64,000 nucleotides of DNA from Candidatus Segetimicrobium genomatis (GTDB lineage: Bacteria > Sysuimicrobiota > Sysuimicrobiia > Sysuimicrobiales > Segetimicrobiaceae), in contig VBAK01000118.1 in assembly GCA_005882275.1 (NCBI GenBank), forward strand, positions 16,881 through 80,880. The letters run 5' to 3'. The translations under genes were made by a program, and so were the position numbers. The notes under the pieces are model-generated. The model was given only the letters and a program-made list of their open reading frames with translations. It was not told the origin of the DNA and ran no database searches. Shown here piece after piece: positions 45,930 to 54,749 of this stretch. Numbering within the stretch: position 1 is the stretch's first letter; the number at the start of each line of letters is the position of its first letter.

Positions 45930-47372
45930 TCAGGGGCCGCCGGGCGCGGGCTCCGTCTCGGGCGCGTCCGCGAGGGGCAGCCAGACGGTCACGGTGGTCC
46001 CGGATCCAATCCGGCTTTCTATTTCGATGCGGCCCCCGTGCGCTTTGGCGATCGACTGCGCGATGGCCAGGCCGAGCCCGGTCCCGCCCGAGGCCTGGGC
46101 CCGGACCCGGTTGGCCCGATAGAAGCGGTCGAACAGATGGGGTAGATCCTCGGCGGCGATCCCGCAGCCGGTGTCGATCACCCGCAGCCGGGCGAACGCG
46201 GCGTCCCGATCCCAGGTCAGGCGGACGGCGCCTCCCGTTGGGGTGTACCGGATCGCGTTGTCGACGAGGTTCGTGAGCACCTGCCGCAGCCAATCCAGGT
46301 CCCCCAGCACGTGCAGCGGCTCCGTCCCCTCGACCGCGAGCGCGATCGATTTCTCGCCGGCGACCGCCCGGAACTGGCCCTCGGCCCACCGCACCAGGGT
46401 GTCCACGGCGATGGGGCGGAGGTCGAGCTTGAGGACGCCCGCGTCGGCCCGGGCCAGGATCAGCAGATCTTCCACCAGGTGGACGAGCCGATCCACCTCC
46501 TGCTTCATGCTCGCCATGGCCGCGCGATACACCCCCGGCGGACGTTCCCGCCGGAGGGCCACCTCCAATTCCCCTTTGAGGATCGTCAGCGGGGTCCGGA
46601 GTTCGTGCGCGACGTTGGCCGTGAACTGCCGCTCCCGTTCGAACGTGCCGTCGATCCGGTCCAGCATCTCGTCGAACGCCTGCGCCAGCCGGCGCACCTC
46701 ATCGTTGGCTCCCCGCAGGTGAAGCCGCCGGCCCATGCTCCCGGCGCCGATCGCCCGCGCCGTCTTGGTGATCCGGTCGATCGGGGCCAACGCGAGCAGG
46801 GCCAGGAGATGGCCGCCCACCGCCGCCACGACAAGCGCTCCGGCCCCCAGAAAGAGCAGCAGCCAGCGGAGGCGGTCCAGCGGCCCCTCGATGGACTCAA
46901 CGGGGATCGCCACCTGCAGCGCCCCAATGATCGAGCCCTTGTGGGTGATGGGGGACGTGTAGCGGAGGACGGGTCCGACGTCGGCCACCTCGATCCGATC
47001 GAACGACTCCCTGCCGGCCAGCGCGCGGACCGCGGCGGGCCCCAGGGGAATCCTGCCCTGCGCGGCCGGGGACGAGTGCCTCGAGACGTGCCCCGCGGCG
47101 TCGCTGATCTGGATCATCATCCCCGAGGCCGACAGGCGCTCGACGAGGGATGGGTTCTCGACCTTGACCAGCGTGTCCGCCGGGTCGTTGGGGTCCCCGG
47201 GCTCCGTGGGCTCCACCTTCATCGCGATCTGGTCCGCGCGGGCGCGCAGCATGTCCTCCGTGCGCCCCCACAACGAGTTGGCGTACAGCGCGTAGAGCAC
47301 CACCCCGAGCGCCGCGAGGCTGATGGCCATGATCCCCGTGTACCAGGCCGTCAGCCGCCACCGGATGCTCAT
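45930..47372 (-). CDS. sensor histidine kinase (HAMP-HisKA-HATPase)
   Basis: H-box FTANVAHELRTPLT, N-box NLVDNAIRYT, and G-boxes DTGCGI and GGTGLGLAI. Two N-terminal TM segments. Confidence 0.93.
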   Translation of the reverse strand: MSIRWRLTAWYTGIMAISLAALGVVLYALYANSLWGRTEDMLRARADQIAMKVEPTEPGDPNDPADTLVKVENPSLVERLSASGMMIQISDAAGHVSRHSSPAAQGRIPLGPAAVRALAGRESFDRIEVADVGPVLRYTSPITHKGSIIGALQVAIPVESIEGPLDRLRWLLLFLGAGALVVAAVGGHLLALLALAPIDRITKTARAIGAGSMGRRLHLRGANDEVRRLAQAFDEMLDRIDGTFERERQFTANVAHELRTPLTILKGELEVALRRERPPGVYRAAMASMKQEVDRLVHLVEDLLILARADAGVLKLDLRPIAVDTLVRWAEGQFRAVAGEKSIALAVEGTEPLHVLGDLDWLRQVLTNLVDNAIRYTPTGGAVRLTWDRDAAFARLRVIDTGCGIAAEDLPHLFDRFYRANRVRAQASGGTGLGLAIAQSIAKAHGGRIEIESRIGSGTTVTVWLPLADAPETEPAPGGP

Positions 47373-47379
47373 GAGATCC

Positions 47380-48048
47380 TCATGCCTTCAGCGCGTACCC
47401 GACCCCGCGGATGGTGTGGATGAGCTTCGTGGGATGCCCGAAGTCCACCTTGCGGCGGAGGAGGCGGATATAGGCTTCGACCACGTTGCTGCCGATTTCC
47501 GTGCCGGATCCCCACACCCGCTCCTCGATCGCCGCACGGCTGAGGACCTGGCCGGCGTGCCGCATCAAGAGCTGCAGCACCTGATACTCGCGGGTGGTGA
47601 GCGACACGGTCCGCTCTCCACGGGTCACGGCTCGGGTCGCGGGATCCAGGGTCAGGTCCGCCACACGGAGCACCGCGGGCCGCAGCGAACGATCCCGGCG
47701 AAGGAGCGCGCGGACCCGGGCCAGCAACTCCTCGAAGGCGAAGGGCTTGGTCAAGTAGTCATCGGCCCCGATGTCCAGGCCCGTCACCCGATCGGAGACG
47801 GCGTCGCGGGCGGTGAGCATCAGGACCGGGACGGTGCTTCCCTGGGCTCGCAGCGTCCGGCAGATGTCGAATCCGTCACGCCCCGGCAGGAGGAGATCGA
47901 GGATGATCAGTTCATACGCCGTGGCGGAGGCCAGCTTGAGCCCCGTCTCTCCGTCGCCGGCGACCTCCACCGTGTACCCCTCTTCCTCAAGCCCGCGCCG
48001 GAGAAACTCCCGGATCTTTTGCTCGTCCTCGATAATCAGGAGGGCCAC
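47380..48048 (-). CDS. OmpR/PhoB-family response regulator
   Basis: Receiver domain (LLIIEDE...DLLLPGRDG...LTARD) plus a winged helix (LTTREYQVLQLL...TIRGVGY). GTG at 48048 lies 10 nt after AAGGGGAG. Alternative GTG at 48090. Confidence 0.93.
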   Translation of the reverse strand: MALLIIEDEQKIREFLRRGLEEEGYTVEVAGDGETGLKLASATAYELIILDLLLPGRDGFDICRTLRAQGSTVPVLMLTARDAVSDRVTGLDIGADDYLTKPFAFEELLARVRALLRRDRSLRPAVLRVADLTLDPATRAVTRGERTVSLTTREYQVLQLLMRHAGQVLSRAAIEERVWGSGTEIGSNVVEAYIRLLRRKVDFGHPTKLIHTIRGVGYALKA

Positions 48049-48064
48049 GACCGGGTCGCTCCCC

Positions 48065-48086
48065 TTAGGTCGTGTTAGGTCGTGTT
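48065..48086. repeat. exact 10-bp tandem direct repeat (2.2 copies)
   Basis: TTAGGTCGTG TTAGGTCGTG TT, which reads ACACGACCTA x2 on the minus strand. It abuts the response-regulator SD. Confidence 0.9.
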
Positions 48087-48256
48087 GCACCGTGGCTTCA
48101 TCCTAACGTTGCCGGCCGCTCGTTGAATAGCGGATGAAAACCCGGCGGTGTGTTCCCCGGGGTCGCTGAAGGATTTTTCATGTGCGGCGCATGCCCGGCG
48201 CTCATGCCCTGCGCCTGAGCAGGTGTACGCCTCGATCGATCTTCTAGCCCGACCGG

Positions 48257-48277
48257 GCTCAGCCCCGGGAGCTGAGC
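48257..48277 (-). terminator. hairpin 7 nt downstream of tRNA-Sec (no U-tract)
   Basis: GCTCAGC-N7-GCTGAGC. Possibly a termination or processing element. Confidence 0.3.
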
Positions 48278-48284
48278 AACGTCA

Positions 48285-48378
48285 TGGCGGAGGGGAGTGG
48301 GAATCGAACCCACCACGGACCGCACGGCCCGTCGGCAGTTTTGAAGACTGCGAGGCCCACCAGGACCCCTGCCCCTCC
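48285..48378 (-). tRNA. selC: tRNA-Sec (anticodon UCA)
   Basis: Minus-strand sequence GGAGGGGCAGGGGTCCTGGTGGGCCTCGCAGTCTTCAAAACTGCCGACGGGCCGTGCGGTCCGTGGTGGGTTCGATTCCCACTCCCCTCCGCCA. Anticodon loop CUUCAAA. The D-arm has a long stem and a 4-nt loop. The long variable arm has a 6-bp stem. T-loop TTCGATT. CCA is encoded. Confidence 0.9.
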
Positions 48379-48665
48379 GCATCAACCCGCCATGCGCACT
48401 CGACGTCATGTCTGATCCAGTACCCGGTTCAACTCTAGCACATTGACACGCGGCCCCCCGGGATGGCGAACCGGCGCCCCCGGGCCTATCTTCGCGCCCC
48501 GACGCCGGATCGAGGAATGGCCCCAACCCGCCCGGGGATCTCCCCAGACCCGGTTTCCTGGGTTCGCGCGGTGAGTCTCCCCAGCCGCGCGGAATTCCCC
48601 TCAAATCCGGTTCGTGGGCTCACCCGGTTGGTCTCGCCGGCCCTCCATGGTACGTCAGTGAACGT

Positions 48666-49862
48666 ATGGTTGGACCACACCAGGCCGGCCGCCGGGGCCC
48701 GCAGTTGGGGCGCGTGATCCCGCGCTTCCTCGCCGCGGTGCTCGTGGTGGATCTCGCGCTGCGGGTCGCGTTCGCATTCCGGTTTGTCTCGATCGACCCG
48801 CTGACGTTTCGACCCTCGGACGCGCTCCTGGCCTACCGCCCGGTGGGCGCGACGTACGAGCCCAACCACCGGTATTACAATGCGCGCTCGTACGGGGACG
48901 TGGCGGGGATCGCGAACCTCCGTGAGCCGCGGGAGTACCGGTCCGTTGTCTTCACCACGGATGCGCTGGGGTACCGGAATCCCGCCCATGCCCTGCACGC
49001 GGAGATCGGCGCGATCCTTGCCGGAGATTCGTTCGCCGCGGGGGTCGGGGCGAGCGATGACAAGACGCTCTCCTCGAGACTGAGCGCGCTCGGCCCCTGC
49101 GTCGTCTATAACGCCGGCAGCGACGCGCGGGACGTCGTTCCCGATCGGATTCTGGCCGCGGCGCGCCGGCTCACCGTGCGCAACCGCCTGGTCATTCGCG
49201 TGTACGCCGAAGACGCCGAGGTCCCGTCGCCCCACGAGACGCTGCTCCGGAAGCTCGCCGCGCGGATGCCGGAGGACAGCCGCAGGGTGGCCGGCCGGCT
49301 GAGAGGCCTCCTCACGGTGTCGCCGCTCCAGATCCTGAGCGAGCGGACGCTCCGGGCCGTGGAAGACGACCGCATGCTGCCCAACCGGTATGCCGCGAAC
49401 GCCGTCAGGGCGACCGTTTCCAACGGGGACGCGATGGTGTTCTGGACGCCCGAGGTGCAGAACTTCACCCGCCGGCGGCCGGTGGCGCTCGCCTACTGGC
49501 GCTGGCTGCGGGACGAGCTGCGGAAGGCCGGCTTCGACCTGCGGGTGGTGCTCGTGCCCAGCAAGTACACGGTGTACCGGCCGTTTCTCGCGAATCAGCC
49601 GCCCGCCGGCCCGGGGGCAGGGACCTATCTCGATCGTCTGGAGAGGGCCCTGCGGGCCGCAGGGATCCCGGTCCTCAACCTGACCCCGCTCCTCTCCGCT
49701 GAAGCGGCACGCCAGTTCAAGCACGGGCGGTACCTCTACTGGCCGGACGACGTCCACTGGAACGCCCGCGGGATCGCCCTGGCGGCCGCGGCAATCCAGG
49801 AGACGTGGGTCCTGCCCGAGGATTGCGCCACGCCCCACATCCAGGCGCACAGGAGGCTGTAG
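48666..49862 (+). CDS. membrane-anchored SGNH/GDSL-like (AlgX/AlgJ, DHHW-type) protein
   Basis: N-terminal TM segment, block I ILAGDSF, and a C-terminal YWPDDVHWNARG (D-x-x-H) motif. Start uncertain (ATG 48666 or GTG 48714). Confidence 0.7.
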   Translation: MVGPHQAGRRGPQLGRVIPRFLAAVLVVDLALRVAFAFRFVSIDPLTFRPSDALLAYRPVGATYEPNHRYYNARSYGDVAGIANLREPREYRSVVFTTDALGYRNPAHALHAEIGAILAGDSFAAGVGASDDKTLSSRLSALGPCVVYNAGSDARDVVPDRILAAARRLTVRNRLVIRVYAEDAEVPSPHETLLRKLAARMPEDSRRVAGRLRGLLTVSPLQILSERTLRAVEDDRMLPNRYAANAVRATVSNGDAMVFWTPEVQNFTRRRPVALAYWRWLRDELRKAGFDLRVVLVPSKYTVYRPFLANQPPAGPGAGTYLDRLERALRAAGIPVLNLTPLLSAEAARQFKHGRYLYWPDDVHWNARGIALAAAAIQETWVLPEDCATPHIQAHRRL

Positions 49863-49903
49863 CCGGGCCGGCCGGGCGGCCGGTCCGCGCGCCCGCCTCG
49901 CCG

Positions 49904-51814
49904 TTACGGCCGGGGCGCGGGTCTCGCCAGCACGCGCTTGTCCCCGACCCGGCGGGTGAGATGCCGGGTATCGAAGTACTCCAGCACGGTCAACGTGAAC
50001 TTGCGGCTGCTGCCCAGCTGGTCCCGCAGCGCGGCGACCGTGATCTCACCGTGTTCGGCGATGTGCGCGCGCACGCGCGATTCGATCTCCTCGAGCGCCT
50101 CCCGATGGAAGAGGATCTCCTCCCCGACGGCGATGAGGCGGCCGTCGTCGAGCAGCGCCTGAAGCATGCGCTCCGCCGCCCCGCGGTCGGCGGCGGCGGC
50201 GAGGGCCTCTTCCCGGCCCGGCGGCGCGAACCGACCGCGCCGAACGGCCTCCTCGATCGCGCCGCGGGCGGCGATCTCCGCGGGGGTGTGGACGGCGTGG
50301 AATGTGGACAGGCGCGCCAGCCCCTCGTCGACGACGACCCGTGAGCCGGCCACCAGGTCATCGAGCGCGAACCCGTACAGCCGGTCGTCGCCGGCGCCGA
50401 ACACCCGGCTCTTCAGGTCGTCCCGGGGCATCCCCCGCCGCCACGGCGCCGCCGCATGGTACGCCCCGAGGGTGCGCAGCACGTCGTCCCGAACCGTCTC
50501 AGCCGCGTTCGCCGAGAACACCCGCCCCCGCAGATCGATGGCCTGCCGGGCGGTCACCCAGGCCCGCACCTGTTCGGCGGCACGCTCGGGGGTCACGCCC
50601 GCCTTCCTGGCGAGCAGATCGACCGTCGAGCCGCCCCGCCCGGCGGCCGCAAGCGCCGCCTGAAGCTGGCCCTCCACCCCCGAGCCCTCTTCGGACGCCA
50701 CCGCCTCCGCCGCCGCGCCGCCCCGGCGGCGGAGGGGGGCGTGGGGCGCGATGACCTCGCCGCCTCCAACCGTCGTCATGGGAGAGTAGCGCCGGAGCAC
50801 GAACGCATCGCCGCGGGCCACGACGGCGGGGCACTCCAGCCTCAGCTGCGCGACCGCCGTCTCGCCGGGGCCGAGGCGCGGCCGATCGAGCAGCCGGATG
50901 CGCCCGATGACCTCGCCGGCGCCAACGTACAGCCTGATTCGCGCCTGGTGGGCCAGCGCGGGGGCGGTCTCCAGCAGGCGGACGCGGACGTCGAGCAGGG
51001 TGGTCGGCTGAACACTGCGCGGGGTGGCGAGCCAGTCGCCGCGGACGACCTCGTCTTTGGCCGCGCCGACGATGTTGAGGGCAACGCGCTGGCCCGCCTC
51101 CGCCGCGTCGACCGGCATCCCATGGCTCTGCACCTGCCGGACCCGCACCTCCTGCGCGGCCGGCAGCAGTTCGAGCACCTCTCCCGCGCGAATCCTGCCC
51201 GTCCAGAGCGTTCCGGTGACAACCGTGCCGAACCCGGCCATCGTGAAACTCCGATCAATGGGCAGGCGGGCCGGAGCGTCGACCGGGCGGGCCGCCGCAT
51301 CCCGCAGCGCGGCGTCGATGGCGGCGACAAGGGCCGGGATCCCGTCGCCCCGGCGGGCGGAGACGGGGAGGATGGGTGCCCCATCCAGGAACGATCCCGC
51401 CGTCGCCGCGCGGATATCGTCCGTGACGAGCGCCAGCCACTCCTGATCGGTGACCAGATCGATCTTGTTGAGGACGACGATCCCCCGGCGCAGTTGGAGG
51501 AACCGGAGGATGTCCAGGTGCTCGCGGGTCTGCGGCATCACGCCTTCGTCCGCGGCGACCACCAGCAGCACCAGGTCGATCCCGGTGGCGCCGGCGAGCA
51601 TGTTTCTGATGAGGCGCTCGTGACCGGGCACGTCCACGAGGCCGACCCGCCGGCCGCTCGGCAGATCGAAGTGCGCGAAGCCGAGGTCGAGGGTCATCCC
51701 CCGTCGTTTCTCCTCCTCGAGCCGGTCCGGGTCGACCCCCGTGAGCGCTCGGACGAGGGCGCTCTTCCCGTGATCGATGTGGCCGGCGGTGCCGACGACG
51801 GCATACCCGAGCAC
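49904..51814 (-). CDS. selB: selenocysteine-specific elongation factor SelB
   Basis: [31 protein letters not shown] and NKIDL G-motifs, with a long C-terminal winged-helix region. Start ambiguous: GTG 51814 or TTG 51904 (the latter overlaps selA). Confidence 0.9.
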   Translation of the reverse strand: MLGYAVVGTAGHIDHGKSALVRALTGVDPDRLEEEKRRGMTLDLGFAHFDLPSGRRVGLVDVPGHERLIRNMLAGATGIDLVLLVVAADEGVMPQTREHLDILRFLQLRRGIVVLNKIDLVTDQEWLALVTDDIRAATAGSFLDGAPILPVSARRGDGIPALVAAIDAALRDAAARPVDAPARLPIDRSFTMAGFGTVVTGTLWTGRIRAGEVLELLPAAQEVRVRQVQSHGMPVDAAEAGQRVALNIVGAAKDEVVRGDWLATPRSVQPTTLLDVRVRLLETAPALAHQARIRLYVGAGEVIGRIRLLDRPRLGPGETAVAQLRLECPAVVARGDAFVLRRYSPMTTVGGGEVIAPHAPLRRRGGAAAEAVASEEGSGVEGQLQAALAAAGRGGSTVDLLARKAGVTPERAAEQVRAWVTARQAIDLRGRVFSANAAETVRDDVLRTLGAYHAAAPWRRGMPRDDLKSRVFGAGDDRLYGFALDDLVAGSRVVVDEGLARLSTFHAVHTPAEIAARGAIEEAVRRGRFAPPGREEALAAAADRGAAERMLQALLDDGRLIAVGEEILFHREALEEIESRVRAHIAEHGEITVAALRDQLGSSRKFTLTVLEYFDTRHLTRRVGDKRVLARPAPRP

Positions 51815-51849
51815 GGCCGCGGCGGCGGGGCGGGGAGAGCTTGACGCGC

Positions 51850-53253
51850 TCACGGGTCTGCGCCGGAGGCGGCCGACCTCACCGCCGCCTCCAGGGCGGG
51901 CCAATCACCCGACCCCAGCGTCCGGAGGTCGAGGATCAGCCGGTCATCGGCGATCCGGCAGAATACCGGAGGCCGGGCCAGGCGCAGGCGCCGCTCCCAG
52001 GTCTCCACCGGGGCGTCCGCGGGATGGATGGCCACCCCCCACGACGGCAGCTCGACCCCCGGCAGCGCCCCCCCGCCGGCCTCGGCGACGGTCGGGCGGA
52101 CCTCCACCATGGCGGTGGGTGGAAGCTGTCTCCGAAGCCGGGCGGCCAGGTCGTGTGCGGCGCGTTCGAGCGAGCGCGGGTCGGCGCTCAACATGGCCAG
52201 CACGGGGATCGCCTCCCAGGCGCGATCAGGGTCGCGGTAGACGCGCAGGGTCGCTTCGAGGGCCGCAAGATCCAGTTTGTCGATGCGGACCGCCCGGGCC
52301 ATCGGGTGCGCCCGAACGCGGCCGACGATCGCCTCCCGCCCGACGATCAACCCCGCCTGGGGGCCGCCGAGCAGCTTGTCCCCGCTGAACGTCACCACGT
52401 CGACGCCGCCGGCGACGGCCGCGCGGGCCGTCGGCTCCGGGGGCAGGCCCCGCGCAGCCAGGTCGACGAGGGCGCCGCTCCCCATATCGAACAGCACAGG
52501 GACCCCCGCGCGCTGTCCCAGCGCGGCGAGCTCGCCGGGGGCCGCCTCGTGGACGAACCCCCGGATGGCGAAGTTGCTCCGGTGCACCTTGACGAGCAGG
52601 GCGGTGTCCGGGGTGAGCGCCGCTTCGTAATCCCGCAGGTAGGTCTTGTTGGTCGTCCCTACCTCGACCAGGCGGGACCCGCTCGCGGCCATGATGTCCG
52701 GGATGCGGAAGCTGCCGCCGATCTCGACCAGTTCGCCCCGGGAGACGATGGCCTCTCGCCCGCGCGCCAGGGCCGTGAGCGACAGCAGGACGGCGGCGGC
52801 GTTGTTGTTGACCGCGAGCGCGGCCTCGGCCCCGGTCAGTTCGCGCAGCAAAGCGGCGACGTGGCGCTGGCGCGACGTCCGGTGGCCCGTGTCCGGATCG
52901 GTCTCGAGCACCGCGTATCCGGAGGATGCGGCGACGGCCTCGCGGGCGGCGGCGCACAGCGGGGCGCGTCCGAGGTTCGTGTGCAGGACGATGCCGGTGG
53001 CGTTGATCGCGGGCGCCAGGCTTTGGGCGGCCCGCCGGGGCAGCAGGGCCTGCACGGCGGCGGCGAGCGCCTCCACCCCGATCTCGCCTTCCGCCGCGCG
53101 CCCGTCCAGCACCTTTGCCCGGGCGGCGTCCACCACCTCCCGGGTGCAGGCGACCACGAGCGCCCGTGGATACGCGGAGAGCGCGCCGTCCGCCTCGAGC
53201 CGCTGGAGGAGGCGCTCCACCGATGGCAGCTGCCGGAGCGGTACCGTCCCCAT
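51850..53253 (-). CDS. selA: L-seryl-tRNA(Sec) selenium transferase SelA
   Basis: LRQLPSVERLL N-terminus and the PLP-lysine motif FSGDKLLGGPQAG. Confidence 0.95.
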   Translation of the reverse strand: MGTVPLRQLPSVERLLQRLEADGALSAYPRALVVACTREVVDAARAKVLDGRAAEGEIGVEALAAAVQALLPRRAAQSLAPAINATGIVLHTNLGRAPLCAAAREAVAASSGYAVLETDPDTGHRTSRQRHVAALLRELTGAEAALAVNNNAAAVLLSLTALARGREAIVSRGELVEIGGSFRIPDIMAASGSRLVEVGTTNKTYLRDYEAALTPDTALLVKVHRSNFAIRGFVHEAAPGELAALGQRAGVPVLFDMGSGALVDLAARGLPPEPTARAAVAGGVDVVTFSGDKLLGGPQAGLIVGREAIVGRVRAHPMARAVRIDKLDLAALEATLRVYRDPDRAWEAIPVLAMLSADPRSLERAAHDLAARLRRQLPPTAMVEVRPTVAEAGGGALPGVELPSWGVAIHPADAPVETWERRLRLARPPVFCRIADDRLILDLRTLGSGDWPALEAAVRSAASGADP

Positions 53254-53276
53254 CCCCCTCCGCGTTTCGTCCCCGG

Positions 53277-53510
53277 CTACTTCAGGAGGAAGCCCAGACC
53301 CAGCCCGACGACGATCACCACCGCGACCACCCAGACGATGCGCAGCAGATCATAGGAAAGCCGACGCCGGAGCGTCTCGTCGCTTTCGCGCGTCCCCACT
53401 GCGGCCGGCGGACCGCCGGCCGCGGCCGGACGGAGCCGGGCGCCGCAGACCCGGCAGATGATCCTTCCCGCGGCGTTCTCAGCCCCGCACTTCGAACACT
53501 GCATGGCCAC
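53277..53510 (-). CDS. small zinc-ribbon protein with C-terminal TM anchor (77 aa)
   Basis: CSKCG-N11-CRVCG ribbon, and the hydrophobic tail LLRIVWVVAVVIVVGLGLGFLL. It lies 23 nt upstream of selA. Confidence 0.6.
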   Translation of the reverse strand: MAMQCSKCGAENAAGRIICRVCGARLRPAAAGGPPAAVGTRESDETLRRRLSYDLLRIVWVVAVVIVVGLGLGFLLK

Positions 53511-53545
53511 CCTCCACCATGATCACGCCCCCTATGATAAACGCC

Positions 53546-54421
53546 CTACGACGGGCGCGCATCCCCGGCCGGGAGATTCCGGCGTGCCGGTGCCGACATC
53601 CATCGCGCCCGCAGGGCTGGGACGACCTCCGCCGGCATCGGGAGGCTCCCCAATTGCGCGTGGCCGGTGCGTGCGCCTCCGCCGTGGTAATCCGTCCCGC
53701 CGGTGGCGACCAGCCGGTAGCGATCCGCGATCGTCCGATACGCGTCGACCATCTCGGGGGTGTGGTCCGGATAGTACACCTCGATTCCGGCAAGACCGCG
53801 CGCGACGAGCCGCGGCACCCGCTCGAGCACCGGGCCGCCGGACGCCCACCCGGGATGCGCGAGCACCGGCACCCCGCCCGCCCCGGCGATCACCTCGACG
53901 GCGTCCTCGGGGGCCAGCGGCGCCCGGGGCACATAGGCCGGACCGTTCCGGCCGAGAAACCGCTCAAAGGCCTCCTGGGCCGACGCGACGCGCCCCGCTT
54001 CGACCAGCGCGCGGGCAATGTGTGGACGCCCCACGGCCGCCCCCGAGGCGATCTCGCGGACCCGCGCCCACTCCACGCGAACCCCCAGGGCCGAGAGCCG
54101 GCGCACCATCTCCTCGGCGCGGCGCACCCGCGCCTCGCGCCTCCGCCCGAGGAACGCCTGGAACGTCCCGTCGTCGTGGTCGATGTAGTAGCCCAGGATG
54201 TGGACCTCGTGCTCGCCCACGTCCGTGTTGATCTCCACCCCCGGGATCACGTCGACGCCGTACCGCCGCCCGGCCGCGAGGGCCTCGTCCACTCCCTCGG
54301 TCGTGTCATGGTCGGTGAGGGCCAGGGTGGACACGGCGTGCTCGCGCGCGACCCTGACAAGCCGATCGGGGGATAAGAGGCCGTCCGACGCGGTGCTGTG
54401 GGTGTGAAGATCGATGCGGAT
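53546..54421 (-). CDS. PHP-domain phosphoesterase (YciV/TrpH-like); start codon non-canonical or unresolved
   Basis: LALTDHDT, EINT, HPGW and GGTDYHG motifs. The first canonical start (GTG 54334) would delete the conserved IDLHTHS motif, which is encoded at 54395-54415. Coordinates assume the ATC at 54421. Confidence 0.8.
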   Translation of the reverse strand: MRIDLHTHSTASDGLLSPDRLVRVAREHAVSTLALTDHDTTEGVDEALAAGRRYGVDVIPGVEINTDVGEHEVHILGYYIDHDDGTFQAFLGRRREARVRRAEEMVRRLSALGVRVEWARVREIASGAAVGRPHIARALVEAGRVASAQEAFERFLGRNGPAYVPRAPLAPEDAVEVIAGAGGVPVLAHPGWASGGPVLERVPRLVARGLAGIEVYYPDHTPEMVDAYRTIADRYRLVATGGTDYHGGGARTGHAQLGSLPMPAEVVPALRARWMSAPARRNLPAGDARPS

Positions 54422-54433
54422 GGCTGGGGATGC

Positions 54434-54694
54434 CTACCTGGGGGACACGATCAGCTTGATCGCGGTCCGATCTTCCCCGTCGATCTGCACGTCGGCGAAC
54501 GCGGGCACGCACACGAGGTCGAGTCCGCTGGGGGCGACGTAGCCGCGGGCGATGGCGATCGCCTTCACCGCCTGGTTGATCGCGGCCGCGCCGATGGCCT
54601 GGAGCTCCGCCGTTCCCTTTTCCCGCACGACGCCCGCAAGCGCCCCCGCAACGGCTGTAGGATTGGACTTGGCGGCGACTTTGAGGATGTTCAT
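54434..54694 (-). CDS. spoVS: stage V sporulation protein S family protein
   Basis: 86 aa. MNILKVAAKSNPTAVAGALAGVVREKGTAELQAIGAAAINQAVKAIAIARGY is highly SpoVS-like. Confidence 0.93.
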   Translation of the reverse strand: MNILKVAAKSNPTAVAGALAGVVREKGTAELQAIGAAAINQAVKAIAIARGYVAPSGLDLVCVPAFADVQIDGEDRTAIKLIVSPR

Positions 54695-54749
54695 GGGCGC
54701 GTGCCTCCTCGGCGGAGTGGGGGGCGATTCCCCGCGTCTGCGGCGGGGG

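Noticed and set aside
48656-48672. Possible second LexA box TGAACGTATGGTTG at the SGNH gene start
   Set aside because: The right half-site is GGTT rather than GTTC, and the flanking positions mismatch. This is too weak to call.
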